The notes under the pieces were generated by a model that had not been told where the DNA came from, did not search any database, and saw only the letters and a program-made list of their open reading frames with translations. This document shows, one piece after another, positions 13,048 through 23,854 of a stretch of DNA of 64,000 nt. A program made the translations under genes and the position numbers. Position 1 is the first letter of the stretch; every line of letters begins with the position of its first letter. The stretch comes from a bacterium. Its GTDB lineage: Bacteria > UBA8248 > JACPRG01 > G963555815. The stretch covers positions 2,400,001 to 2,464,000 of the forward strand of contig OZ244653.1 in the NCBI GenBank assembly GCA_965218795.1, given 5' to 3'.

Positions 13048-15204
13048 TCAGGGCCTCACGCTGACCTCGTCGTAAAGCAGCGGGTCGTCGGGCAGGGCGA
13101 CCTCCACGTCCAGCAGTTGCCCCGTTCTCGGGCACATGAAGAGCCGCAACTCGAACCGGCCGGTGATCGAGCGGCGCGGACCGGCATCGGACAGCGGCGC
13201 CTTGGCCAAGGCGCAGTGGTCCTTCCAGTTCCGTTCGATCAGACAAAGAACGGCGCCGCTCTTTGTGCATTGAACGTACGTCCCGCCTTCGGCCCCCCGA
13301 ACCGCCCGGATCTCCTCACTCAGATTGTAGACAGGCGCATCTTCGGGGATATCGATGGACAGACCTTGACCGTTGACCATGGCCGCTTTCAGCCGGGTCT
13401 CCCGCACCTCCGCCCTGCGGCGTTCCGTGGCCTCCAGGTCGACTCGGAAATCGTCCGAGAGGGCAACGCCATAGGCTCTCTCCGCCCATTTTCGCGAGAC
13501 CAGATCGTTCATGACGTCGACGCGCACCCGTTCCGGATCCCTTTCCAGGGGGTCGCCGTATCCGCCCCCGCCGCCGAAACACCCGTGGAGCATCTCGCCC
13601 GCTTTGAGCTCGTACATCCCCCAGGCCACGGGCGTCCTTTGGCCGTCGAGGGTCTCCCTGTCCCTGGGGAAACCCTCATTGTTCAGGGTTTCATACACGT
13701 CCTGTCCTTGAACCAGGCCGAAGTCCGTATTGTTGCCTGGAAGCCCGCCGTTGAACCCGAGGCAGCGGGTGAATTCCGTCCCGGTGCAGTACAGGACGAG
13801 GTTGACCCGATCGTCCTTTGCGCCGTGGGCGGTGATACCGTACTCGGCCGTCATCCCGCCGCGGAAGCGGCCCGGTCCCGCCGAGTCCTTCTGGAATCGG
13901 TGAAAGGTGTAGAGGATAGGGAGATTGAGCTCTTCAAACTCGATGTTGGGCGTCCTGTTGACCGGGTTCGGAATGCAGCCGGCGTAATCCACACCGTCGG
14001 CGAAGGTGCGTGCGCCCCCGCAGCCGCCGAGATTCTGTGTGATCGTCGATACGACGAGACGGTCGCCCTTGTAGCCCGATACGGTGGTCGGCGTCTGGGC
14101 CCCCTGCCATACGCAGGTCGCTTCTTTCCGATAAGCGTCGCTCGCGACGAGCATCTTGGAGATCGACTCCAGCGCGACGGCGTTGATCAGTCCGATACCG
14201 GTCAGTGTAGCGAGACAATTGGGCGCTGGACGGGTGCAGTTGACCAGGCTCCCTTCCGGCACATGCATCGTCACCGGCTTCATCATCCCGTCATTCCACA
14301 GGATGTCGTATCCGAGGAGCGGGAAGAGGGGCGCCAGGATGCCGCCGTAGCTTCCCCAATAGGCCGAGTTGAACGGGACGGGTGCCTGGGGACTGGTCCC
14401 CGTGAAGTCGAAATGGACCCCTTCGCCCTCTTTGGTCATGGCGAGTAGGACGGTGTAGATCGATCCCTCGGCCTCGATGTAGTGACGGGTTCGCCAGGTG
14501 CCGTCCGGCAACTCGCCGAGCCGCTTGCGGAGAAGGCCTTCGGACTCGTCGATCAGCCCCTGAGAGACCGTGTCGACCGTCTCCTGGCCGTACTTGTCGA
14601 ACAACTCCGTGAGGCGCTCCTTGACCGTCGTGTTGGCGGCGATTTGGGAGCGGAGGTCGAGAGCGACGGTGTCGGGTACCCGGACCATGTTGAGCAGTGT
14701 GCACCACACGTCCTTCCGGATGACGCCGCGATCCACGACCTTGATGCCCGGGCACATGATGCCTTCGTGATAGATCTCTCGCGAGTGGGGCGCGAAGCCG
14801 CCTGGATTGATGGCGCCGATATCCCGAAGGTGGACGAAGTTGGCGCTCCAGGCCACCAGATTGTCCCGATAGAAAATGGGGGAGACGACGTAGGCGTCCG
14901 AGCTGTGGAGCGCGGCGACGTAGGGGTCGTTGATCATGAAGACGTCGCCGTCATGGATTCCGGGGTTGTCCGCATACTCCCGCAGGATATGGCGGCAGGC
15001 CTCGCCGGCCCCGGGGAGGGCGTGCAGGTAGCCCATCACGGCCATCAGGAGGCTGCCGTCCGCCCGGTATAAGCCCACGAGAAGGTCGTGCCCCTCGGTG
15101 GTGGACGAAGACCCGGAGATGTGTTTCAGGGTAATCACCGCCTCGTCGACGATGCGCATGAGCTTGTGGCGGATGATCTCGAACGTAAAGGGGTCCACCA
15201 TCAT
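13048..15204 (-). CDS. Hydantoinase B/oxoprolinase subunit with C-terminal acetone-carboxylase-gamma-like domain
   Basis: NDPY..H..D, HLRDIG, DSAGPGRFRGG, GGGGYGDPLER; tail FMCPRTGQLLDVE. Confidence 0.85.
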   Translation of the reverse strand: MMVDPFTFEIIRHKLMRIVDEAVITLKHISGSSSTTEGHDLLVGLYRADGSLLMAVMGYLHALPGAGEACRHILREYADNPGIHDGDVFMINDPYVAALHSSDAYVVSPIFYRDNLVAWSANFVHLRDIGAINPGGFAPHSREIYHEGIMCPGIKVVDRGVIRKDVWCTLLNMVRVPDTVALDLRSQIAANTTVKERLTELFDKYGQETVDTVSQGLIDESEGLLRKRLGELPDGTWRTRHYIEAEGSIYTVLLAMTKEGEGVHFDFTGTSPQAPVPFNSAYWGSYGGILAPLFPLLGYDILWNDGMMKPVTMHVPEGSLVNCTRPAPNCLATLTGIGLINAVALESISKMLVASDAYRKEATCVWQGAQTPTTVSGYKGDRLVVSTITQNLGGCGGARTFADGVDYAGCIPNPVNRTPNIEFEELNLPILYTFHRFQKDSAGPGRFRGGMTAEYGITAHGAKDDRVNLVLYCTGTEFTRCLGFNGGLPGNNTDFGLVQGQDVYETLNNEGFPRDRETLDGQRTPVAWGMYELKAGEMLHGCFGGGGGYGDPLERDPERVRVDVMNDLVSRKWAERAYGVALSDDFRVDLEATERRRAEVRETRLKAAMVNGQGLSIDIPEDAPVYNLSEEIRAVRGAEGGTYVQCTKSGAVLCLIERNWKDHCALAKAPLSDAGPRRSITGRFELRLFMCPRTGQLLDVEVALPDDPLLYDEVSVRP

Positions 15205-17303
15205 GTTTCCCTCTCCCGTAACGGGATGATCACGTTCTTATAGGCGTCGAGCGAAGCCCTCTGACCGGGCTGGACCACGATGGTCGTCACCGGGGTCACG
15301 ATGATGGCCGGACCCATCACCTCATGTCCGTGTGTCAGGAGGTCGTACCGGTACACGCCGGTGTCCTCTTTCGCCCCGTCGAAGAATACGGGGCGGCGGT
15401 GGATCAACGCCTGTTCGGGGTCCGCTCCGGTTTCTTCATGCGTTCTGAGCTCGGATTTGGGCAGCCGGCCGACCGCGCGTAACTGAAAGCTGATGATTTC
15501 CATTCCCGCCTCTTTGTAAGCGGACCCCTTGCCGTGCTTGCGCTCGTAAAGTTCTGCGAACTCCGCGTAAACCTTCTCCAAGACCTCCTCCGTGATCCTC
15601 CCCCGAGGCACCGGCGTAATGACCTCGTGCATCTGGAGACGGAATCGCAATCCGACCGTCCGGTGGAACTCGATGCTCTCTTGGGTGAACCCTTCCCGCC
15701 CCATTTCCTCGCGGGCTGATTCCTCCAGATCGGCATAGACCCGGTTGACTTCATCCAGGTCGGGCGGGACGGGCATGTGCTTCGTCACGGGGTATTCATG
15801 GGTGACGTTGGCCGTGACGATTCCGAAGGCCCCGTTGACCGAAGCCGTCGCGGGTACGATGATTTTCTCGACCTCCAGTTCCGGGGAGAAGGCCCCTGCG
15901 TGAATGGACGCCGCGCCCCCATACGAGAAGAGGACATAATCCCTTGGGTCCAGCCCCCGCTCCACGGTGACCTTGCGGACCAGATCGGCCATCTGGGCGT
16001 TGACCAGCCGATAGACCGAAGAGGCCGCCTCTTCCACGCCCATCCCCAGCGGGTCGGCCACCTTTTGACGGAAGAGGTCCTCGGTTTTCTTCCGGTTGAG
16101 ACGCATCCTGCCGCCGAGGAAGTAGTCGGGCTCGAGGTACCCGAGGATAAGATTGACGTCCGTCAGGGTGGGCTCTTCGCCGCCCAGGTCGTAACAGATC
16201 GGGCCCGGGGAAGCGCCGGCGCTCTGCGGCCCGATTCGGGGAAGGTTCGTCCGCGGCTCAACCCAAATGATACTCCCCCCTCCCGCCCCGATGGAGACAA
16301 TGTCGATCTTGGGGATCAGCGAGTGGTACCGGAGGATGGTCGATTCCCAGGCGTATTCATACCGTCCGTCCGTGAGCACGCCCACCTTGAAGCTCGTGCC
16401 ACCGAGATCGCACCCGATGATGTTGGGGCACCCGAGCAGGTTTCCGGCGAACTGGCTCCCGATGACCCCGCCGGCCGGACCCGACTCGATGAGGCTGACC
16501 GACCGGTCCGCGGCCTTGGGGATGGGGAGGAGCCCCCCGTACCCCTGCATGATCAAGGCGTGCCCCTTGAACCCGAGCGCTGCGATCCGTTCCTCCAGGC
16601 CGAGGAGAGATTTCCGAATTTCCGGCGCCAACGTAGCGTTTAACGCAACGGTCGACGTCCGCTCGTACTCGCCAATCCGCGGGGCAATCTCGGAGGACAG
16701 GGTGACGGGGACGTCCGGGTAGCGTTCGCGAATGACGGCCGCGGCCCGGGTCTCGTTCTCCGGATTGCGGAAGGACCAGAGGAAGCACACGCCGATGGAT
16801 TCGGCGCCCTGATCCAGCAGGGATTTCATGGCAGCGCCGACGTCCTCTTCATCGACGGGGACGATGATGCGGCCCCAGCTGTCGCTTCGCTCTCGGACCC
16901 CCCGGGTCCACTTCCGGGGAACGAGCGGCGGGGGCTTGTCCGTCATGACCGGGTGCATGATCTCCTCGTCCGAAAGCCCGGCCCAGCGCCCGTATCCCCC
17001 TCGGGTGAGGACGAGGGTGTCCTCGAACCCGCGCGTCATCAGAAGCCCAACCTTTGCCAGCTTTCTATTGATGAGAGCGTTTTCAGCGGCCGTTGTTCCC
17101 AGCAGGAAGGCGTCCGCCTCCGCCATGAGATCTTCCAGGGCGAGACCGAGGTTTTCGGCCGCGGTCTGAACGCTGTTCAACGCGCCGACCGAGAAATCCT
17201 GGGGCGTGGAGAGGGCCTTGCCCTGCGTAATCGATCCGTCGGACTGAAGGAGGACCGTGTCCGTAAACGTCCCTCCCACATCAACACCGATGATGTAGGT
17301 CAT
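15201..17303 (-). CDS. Hydantoinase A/oxoprolinase ATP-binding subunit
   Basis: DVGGTFTD, ESGPAGG, DLGGTS, GAGGGS, SAGASPGP. Confidence 0.9.
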   Translation of the reverse strand: MTYIIGVDVGGTFTDTVLLQSDGSITQGKALSTPQDFSVGALNSVQTAAENLGLALEDLMAEADAFLLGTTAAENALINRKLAKVGLLMTRGFEDTLVLTRGGYGRWAGLSDEEIMHPVMTDKPPPLVPRKWTRGVRERSDSWGRIIVPVDEEDVGAAMKSLLDQGAESIGVCFLWSFRNPENETRAAAVIRERYPDVPVTLSSEIAPRIGEYERTSTVALNATLAPEIRKSLLGLEERIAALGFKGHALIMQGYGGLLPIPKAADRSVSLIESGPAGGVIGSQFAGNLLGCPNIIGCDLGGTSFKVGVLTDGRYEYAWESTILRYHSLIPKIDIVSIGAGGGSIIWVEPRTNLPRIGPQSAGASPGPICYDLGGEEPTLTDVNLILGYLEPDYFLGGRMRLNRKKTEDLFRQKVADPLGMGVEEAASSVYRLVNAQMADLVRKVTVERGLDPRDYVLFSYGGAASIHAGAFSPELEVEKIIVPATASVNGAFGIVTANVTHEYPVTKHMPVPPDLDEVNRVYADLEESAREEMGREGFTQESIEFHRTVGLRFRLQMHEVITPVPRGRITEEVLEKVYAEFAELYERKHGKGSAYKEAGMEIISFQLRAVGRLPKSELRTHEETGADPEQALIHRRPVFFDGAKEDTGVYRYDLLTHGHEVMGPAIIVTPVTTIVVQPGQRASLDAYKNVIIPLRERET

Positions 17304-17412
17304 ACCTTCCTCACAATGCCCGTTAACCCGATTTCAAAATAAGTGAATCACGGCAGTCAGCGAACGACCACCCCCGTCCTTGCCCGCGACCTCGCAGACG
17401 GCCCGGAAATCC

Positions 17413-18078
17413 TTACGAGGCCTGGGTCGCCGCTGTTTTGCCGGCGAGCTTTCGGGCGACCTCTTCCAAGTGGGTCACCACGCCGAAATAGATGTGCACA
17501 TTCTTCAGCATCGACTCATGAAGGTCCGGGAAGCTGCCCGCCACGCAGTCCTTGGGGACGACAATGTCGAAGTCATGAAAGTATCCCTCTCGGATGGTGG
17601 ATTCCACGCAGTAGTTCGAATTCACGCCGGAGATGACGAGCATTTGGATGCCCAGCATTTTCAGCTTGGTCGCCAGGTTCGTATCGAAAAAGCAGGAAGC
17701 GCGGTGTTTGAAAAGAATGTGGTCATCGTCGCGGAAATGCGGCTTCAGATCCTCCTGGATGTTCAACTCATTGGTTCCCCGCGAGGCGACGAAGATGTTC
17801 CGCTTTTCGAGATGGTTGGGGATCTTGTGCTTCAGGCGGGTCTTGTCGTCGCGGATGTGTTCCTGGATGGACCAGATGATGGGCATGCCCGTTTCACGGC
17901 AGGCATCCACGAGCCCCGCCACATTCGGAATGATGGCCCGCTGATTCTTGTTGAGGCCGGCCTTGCCGAAAGTTCCGTCCGGATCCAAAAATCCGCTCTG
18001 CATATCGATCACCAACAGCGCGGTATCAGACGGGTCAATGTCCCATTCGAATTCAATGACCCTGTATTCGTCGACCAT
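17413..18078 (-). CDS. Isochorismatase-family cysteine hydrolase
   Basis: ALLVIDMQ, KHRASCF, GVNSNYCVEST; GGAGG RBS before MVDEY. Confidence 0.88.
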   Translation of the reverse strand: MVDEYRVIEFEWDIDPSDTALLVIDMQSGFLDPDGTFGKAGLNKNQRAIIPNVAGLVDACRETGMPIIWSIQEHIRDDKTRLKHKIPNHLEKRNIFVASRGTNELNIQEDLKPHFRDDDHILFKHRASCFFDTNLATKLKMLGIQMLVISGVNSNYCVESTIREGYFHDFDIVVPKDCVAGSFPDLHESMLKNVHIYFGVVTHLEEVARKLAGKTAATQAS

Positions 18079-18234
18079 GAAGTTCCCTCCTCTTCCCGAG
18101 GTGACAGACGGACCGCACCGCCGTTTCGGAGTTCTTCCGGTGCGCATTTTGCCTTTGGTGATATGCCTGAATGGTTCTCTTCAGCATACCCATTGTACTG
18201 AATGTCCCTTCGCGGGGCGACGGAGAAGGAGGGG

Positions 18235-19535
18235 TCAATACTTCATATAGAATCCCGACAGGATCGCCCATGCGCCGCCGCTTTTCAATGGATATTCGTC
18301 CGCGGCCGTGGTGATCGGCCGGTCGATATCGAACAGGAAGCCGTTCAGGGACAGGCGAATCGCTGGGACCGGGCGGTAGGTAAGGCCCACCCCGAAGGTG
18401 TCGAGCGTCTGGCCCGGGATACCGGCGGACGTGGCGGCTCCGTTGTCGAAGTCCATGTCGATGGATTCGTAGCGGACGGCAAACTCCAGGCCGTTGGAAG
18501 TCCGCGGGCCTTTCAGCAGATATCCCGCCTGCAGGGAGTAACCGTTGCGGATCAAGTCGGAGTTCCCCCTGCCGAGAACCGGGCCCGCGCGTTCCTGGCG
18601 CTCGTAGATGAACTCGGCCAGGGCCGAGAACGGGAGCCGGGGATAATCGCGATAGTCCTTGTTGAAGAAGAGGTCGCTCCCGTAACGGGTCCGGAGCCCT
18701 TCGGTGGCCGTGTTGAAGACCGTCTGGCGGTTGTCTCGAAGGAAAAGTCTCGTTCGGCCGCCGAGGGGATTGTGGGGCTGTCTTCCAACGGAGACGTTTC
18801 CCCCGACGAACAGGGGCCATCGGTTTTGTGTTGCGATCAGACGAAAGGGCCTTCCCGTAATGCGAAGGGTGAAGTCCTTCTCGCTGTTGTTGTCGCTCTC
18901 GGTGCCGGTCCCGTTCGTGATGCTCCCCCTCAATCGGACGGCGGGGTGGGGATCGCTGAAGAAGTACACACCGCGGGAGGTGCTCTCGCGCAAGTTGTCT
19001 CCAATCATGGAGCTCTCCAGGAGGAACATGTTGAACCGGCTCCATAGGGCTTCGGCCCCGAATGGCGTGTCGTTTTGCCCCAGTCGCAAGCGAAACGCCC
19101 TGTATCGCTCCCAGCCCAGGTACGTGCTGGAGGGGATGAGGTCGTCGCCGGTTCCCTCCAGAGTCAGGCGGTAGGTGAATTGCCCGAAGGTGCGCCCGCG
19201 AAAGGTGACGCGTCCGAGTCTTCGGGGAAGAGGCTTTGCTGGGTGAAGAGTGCCCCCCCAATGCGGAGCTCATGCTGTTTGTCCTTCGAGGTGATTCGGA
19301 GGCCTCTCTTGTATTGAATTTCGAAAGAAGGTTCCTGTGAAGCGGCGGGCTTGTGAACGGCCGCTTCCCGGCGCTTCTTTCTTTTCAGGCGCTCGTACTC
19401 CTGTTCGGTCAGGATCCCCTTTTTCTTCAGGATGTCCAGGAGACTGTCGGCGTCTGAGGACTTCGGGGAAGGGAAGCCGACCGCCCAAAACCCGATGGCC
19501 AAGAGAAGGATGAACCCTATGCGGGAGGATTTCAC
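18235..19535 (-). pseudogene. Outer-membrane porin (OprO/OprP-like), frameshifted
   Basis: Signal peptide and LLDILKKKGILT N-terminus; frame switches near 19210 to RVTFRGRTFGQFTY..LRLGQ..PFGAE; aromatic C-terminus. Confidence 0.7.
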
Positions 19536-19844
19536 ATCGATTCCCCGACGCGTTTCAGATTGGTCTACAGTTCAAAACATTCCGGTTCGATGAATTGATG
19601 AGAGGGCCTTTCTTCATCACCCTCGCCATTTTGACTCAATCGCAGGTTTCATGCCAGCGGTCCGGGTTGTGGATGAAATCCGGCCGTACGATCCTCCGTT
19701 TCCTCATCCACGTTCTACGTTCCCCCGTGAATGGAGGATTCGAGGCCGATGGAACCACGCGCCTCGGTTGAAGGCTTGGTTCCGATTGGGTAGGGTTGGG
19801 TGGTTCTTCAACTCCCAAAGAGCGGGTTCCGGGAGATATCATGA

Positions 19845-20876
19845 ATGAACGTTGTTAGGTTTTCACTGACCTTCGGCTCGGTGTTCCTGGTGCTCTTCCT
19901 TCTTTGGTACCTGAGCGGCCTGCTGATTCCTTTCGTCGTTGCCGTCTTGATCTGGTACCTGATCAACGCCCTGGCGAGTACGTATGGCCGAATCTCAATC
20001 AGGGAATGGCGGCCGCCTGAGTTTCTTGCGCTGCTGGCGGCCATCCTCTCGGTCCTCGTGGGATTGTTCTTCCTGTTCCAGTTGGTCAGCGCGAACGTCA
20101 CGGCCGTGACGAAGGCCGCGCCTTTGTATGGGCAAAACCTGGAAAAACTGGTGGAGAGGTGGACGGGAACGGTCGGGCTGGAGATGGCGCCGAACGTCAC
20201 CGAGATTTTCAACCAGATCGACATCGGGGCGCTCATTCGCGGGGTTGCGGGGACATTGACCGGGATTGCGGGCAAGACTGGATTGATCCTGATTTATCTG
20301 CTGTTCCTGTTTCTCGAGCAAAAAAGCTTTCGGCCGAAGCTGGCCGCGTTGTTTCCCGACGACGAGCGTAAGGCAATCGTCCAGCGGACCATCGCCCGCA
20401 TCATGACGAGCATTCAGAGCTACATTTTCATCAAGACGCTGATGAGTCTTCTGACCGGAGGTCTAAGCTTCGTCATCCTTGGCCTGGTCGGGCTGGATTT
20501 TGCCGTCTTTTGGGGTTTTGTAGCCTTCCTGTTGAACTACATCCCCACCATCGGCTCGGTGGTCGCCGTCATCCTGCCTGCACTCTTGGCCGTGTTGCAG
20601 TTCAACGTCCCGACTCCTCCGATCGTGATTCTGGTCAGTTTGGGCATTGTACAGTTCTGCGTCGGCAACCTGCTGGAACCCAGGCTCCATGGCGAGAGCC
20701 TGAACCTGAGCCCGCTGGTGGTGCTGTTGTCCCTGGCGCTCTGGGGAACCATATGGGGCGTTGTGGGCATGTTTCTCAGTGTGCCCATCACGGTGACCAT
20801 CTTGATCATCTGCTCAGAGTTCAGCCGCACCAGGCCGCTGGCGATTATCCTTTCCCAGAGCGGGAAAATCGACTGA
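19845..20876 (+). CDS. AI-2E family transporter
   Basis: LNYIPTIG, GNLLEPR, LNLSP, WGVVGMFLSVP. Confidence 0.92.
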   Translation: MNVVRFSLTFGSVFLVLFLLWYLSGLLIPFVVAVLIWYLINALASTYGRISIREWRPPEFLALLAAILSVLVGLFFLFQLVSANVTAVTKAAPLYGQNLEKLVERWTGTVGLEMAPNVTEIFNQIDIGALIRGVAGTLTGIAGKTGLILIYLLFLFLEQKSFRPKLAALFPDDERKAIVQRTIARIMTSIQSYIFIKTLMSLLTGGLSFVILGLVGLDFAVFWGFVAFLLNYIPTIGSVVAVILPALLAVLQFNVPTPPIVILVSLGIVQFCVGNLLEPRLHGESLNLSPLVVLLSLALWGTIWGVVGMFLSVPITVTILIICSEFSRTRPLAIILSQSGKID

Positions 20877-21225
20877 GCGGGAATCGAAATCTCGGGGAAG
20901 TTCCCCGAATCTTTCATCACCCGAGTTCCCCGGGCCAGGAGTGGAGACCAACACCCCCTTGGAAGAACGGAAGAGCGGAGCCGGGGAGAGGGGCCGTTGA
21001 ACGGCTACCGGTTGGCCGCCGCCCCCGAAAGGTACTCCGAACGGGGCCGGGAGTACGTAAGACCCTGCGGGAAATCATTCGCGTGAACCGCCTCGAACGG
21101 CTCCACGGGGTCCGTCTGTGCGAGTGCCGTCTCGTCCGGCTGGCTTCACGATAAGGTGCGCACTGGCTATTTGGGAAGCTGTCTGTCCGAAAAATTGAAA
21201 ACGATTCCAGCGGAGGGTCGCGAAG

Positions 21226-21996
21226 ATGGCGGGAAGACTCACGGGACAAACGATGATTGTGACCGGCGGGGGGAGGGGGTTCGGCGAAAACATGAGCATG
21301 GCCGTGGCGAGAGAGGGCGCCAACGTCGTCGTGGCCGACCTCGACGGCGGTCAGGCGGAGCGCGTGGTGGAAGCCATTCAGCGGGACGAATCCACGGCCC
21401 TGGCCTTGCAGGCGGACGTGTCCGACGAAGCCCAGGTCCAGCGGATGGTGAAGGCGGCGATCGATCAATTCGGCTCGATCGATATTCTCCTCAACAACGC
21501 CGGAATCCCCGGCCCGATGGGAGAGTTGCACACGCTCGACGTGGAGGGCTGGGATCAGATTTTCTCCGTCAACGTCCGGGGCGTCTTTCTCTGCTGCAAG
21601 ACGGTCATCCCGCACATGATCGAGCGGGGGTCCGGCCACATCGTCAACATCTCTTCATCGACAACGGCCGGCGGCTTCAGGATCGAGCACCTCCGGAGCT
21701 TCCCCTACACCGTCTCCAAAGGCACGGTCAATTGGGTTTCTCATTTCCTGTCCATGCAGGTCGAGAAGCACGGAATCCGCGTGAACACGCTCTGTCCGGG
21801 CCTCGCCGACACGCACTTTCAGGAAAACACCCCGCCCGACTATCTCCAGGGGAGGCGGTGCTGGAAGCCCGATCATACGGTGCATCCGCTCTTGCACGTC
21901 CTCACGGAACTGGAGGGGACCGGGCATACCGTCAATTCCGAAGTATGGCATGAAGAGCGGGGTTCGGCGGAAGAATACTCGTACATTCACGATTAG
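21226..21996 (+). CDS. Short-chain dehydrogenase/reductase
   Basis: TGGGRGFG, NNAG, YTVSK. Confidence 0.92.
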   Translation: MAGRLTGQTMIVTGGGRGFGENMSMAVAREGANVVVADLDGGQAERVVEAIQRDESTALALQADVSDEAQVQRMVKAAIDQFGSIDILLNNAGIPGPMGELHTLDVEGWDQIFSVNVRGVFLCCKTVIPHMIERGSGHIVNISSSTTAGGFRIEHLRSFPYTVSKGTVNWVSHFLSMQVEKHGIRVNTLCPGLADTHFQENTPPDYLQGRRCWKPDHTVHPLLHVLTELEGTGHTVNSEVWHEERGSAEEYSYIHD

Positions 21997-22038
21997 AAAA
22001 AATCCAACAACTGAATCTGTCGGGCCAGGGAGGAGGGG

Positions 22039-23220
22039 ATGATGCCGGGTCAATTCATGGTGGACTACGAAGAGCGGGTCGATTTCGGCCGGCTGAGGCG
22101 CTTGAGGCTGGAGAAGGCCCGCAAGGTCTTGGACGAATCCGGCGTCGAGGTCCTCATCGCCTTTGACGCCAACAACATTCGATACCTGACGGGGTCCTTC
22201 GGCAATCCGTCCCCCACACTGGCCGCGGCCCGATATTGCGTGCTGGCCGAGAACCATGAGCCCATTCTGTTCGAGCTCGGCGGCGACGTGGAGCGCCAAA
22301 AGGTCTGCGCCCCCTGGCTCGAAGACCGCATCCGTCCCTCCGTCCCCCTGACCTTTCTTCCGCGCACGATGGTGGGCGAGTGGGGGACCGGCATCAAGAA
22401 GGTCCTCCAGGAACTAGGCATCCAGACCGACGTGATCGCCCTCGACCGGCTGGATTTCCGCGTACAGGAGGAAGCGCAGGGGGCCGGGCTGGAGGTGGTG
22501 TCCGACGGCGGGGCCATGATGGAGGCCCGGCGGGTCAAGCTGCCCGACGAGATCGAATGCATCCGACTGTCGGTGGCCCTGGCGGACTCGGCGTTGGACA
22601 TCATCCGCCGAAGCGTCCGCCCCGGCGCGCGGGAGTGCGACATCCAGGGCGACGTGCTCCGCGAGCTGACGCGCAACTGCTGCTGGCTCTACGCGGGCGG
22701 CGGGAACTTCGCCTCCGGCGACCACACCCACCCCTACTGGCGCCTTCTGTTCACCGACCGGATCCTGCACGACGGCGACCTGGTCATCATCGACCGCGTG
22801 CACAACCACAACGGGTACGGATGCGATTACGTGAGGACGTTTCTCGTGGGCGACCGCGCCACGGACGAGCAAAAAGACCTCTACAGGCGCTGCTACGATT
22901 CCATGATGGCCGGCATCCACGCCGTGAAGCCGGGGTGCACCTCGGCCGACATCGCCGGCCAGTGGAACGAGCCAGAGGATTTTTCCGAAACCACCCTGGA
23001 TTTCGGTCACAGCGTGGGGATGAGCACGCACGAGCCGCCCTTCATCACGGCCTCGTCGAAGAAGCATCCCGTCCCCATCGAGCCCAACATGGCTCTGGCG
23101 ATTGAGACCTACGTCGGCGAGAACGGCCAGGGCGTCCGGCTGGAGGAGAACCTCATCGTCACCGAGACCGGATACGAGATCATCAGCAGGTATCCCCACG
23201 AGCCCAAGCTGATGAGCTGA
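22039..23220 (+). CDS. M24 (Xaa-Pro peptidase/creatinase-fold) hydrolase
   Basis: NIRYLTG, D..GYGCDYVRT, GHSVG..HE, IET, RLEE. Confidence 0.88.
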   Translation: MMPGQFMVDYEERVDFGRLRRLRLEKARKVLDESGVEVLIAFDANNIRYLTGSFGNPSPTLAAARYCVLAENHEPILFELGGDVERQKVCAPWLEDRIRPSVPLTFLPRTMVGEWGTGIKKVLQELGIQTDVIALDRLDFRVQEEAQGAGLEVVSDGGAMMEARRVKLPDEIECIRLSVALADSALDIIRRSVRPGARECDIQGDVLRELTRNCCWLYAGGGNFASGDHTHPYWRLLFTDRILHDGDLVIIDRVHNHNGYGCDYVRTFLVGDRATDEQKDLYRRCYDSMMAGIHAVKPGCTSADIAGQWNEPEDFSETTLDFGHSVGMSTHEPPFITASSKKHPVPIEPNMALAIETYVGENGQGVRLEENLIVTETGYEIISRYPHEPKLMS

Positions 23221-23240
23221 GAATCAATGGGGAAATCCGG

Positions 23241-23772
23241 GTGAGTGTCCTGAGGCAGGATCCGTTGACGCACGTCGTGAACCGCAGCAGGGGAAGGACG
23301 TACGGAGACGGCATCCAGCCCGCGGACCTCGCGGAGAGCCTGGCCCGATGCAAGGGCTGGGACGAATGGTACCTCACCGTCATGGAAGTCTGCGACCGGT
23401 ACGAGCGGATGGCCGAGGGTCGGCGGGCGGGCGGGTATCCGGGTTCCGCGGGCGAGCTTTTCTGGCGGGCCTGCATGTACGCTCACGATTCGCAGTTCTA
23501 CCTCTTCGACCGGCCGGAGCGGCAGGGAGGCCCCCGGGGTGATCGACATGGCGGGCGGGTGCGAGAGGATCACCTGTTCGCTCTACATCCAGCACGGCGT
23601 GAAGGACGACCTGATCCCTTTTTATCAGGCGGAACGGATCGAGCGGGGGGCGGCCAACGCCCGAGAAGCTATCACCCAGCACGAGCCCGAAGGCAACCAC
23701 TGCTGTCATAACCTCTTCCACACCACCCGGTACCGTCTGGTAGATCACCTGGCCCGGGTTTTGAATCCGTGA
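23241..23772 (+). pseudogene. Alpha/beta hydrolase with most of its middle deleted
   Basis: N-terminal DGIQPADL..WDEW..GELFWRA joined out of frame to C-terminal HGVKDDLIP..EGNHCCHN; the nucleophile motif is missing. Confidence 0.65.
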
Positions 23773-23854
23773 CAAGGATACCCTGGGGTTTTTTCGCGAG
23801 AGAAATATTTCGAGGGGGGATGAGGGGACAGAGCCAATCGCTTACGTTCTGCAA

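Noticed and set aside
19636-19760. Possible RAYT C-terminal scrap (IHNPDRW) on the minus strand
   Set aside because: Match too short to support
20880-21200. Possible riboswitch or ncRNA upstream of the SDR gene
   Set aside because: Short hairpins only; no recognisable family motif
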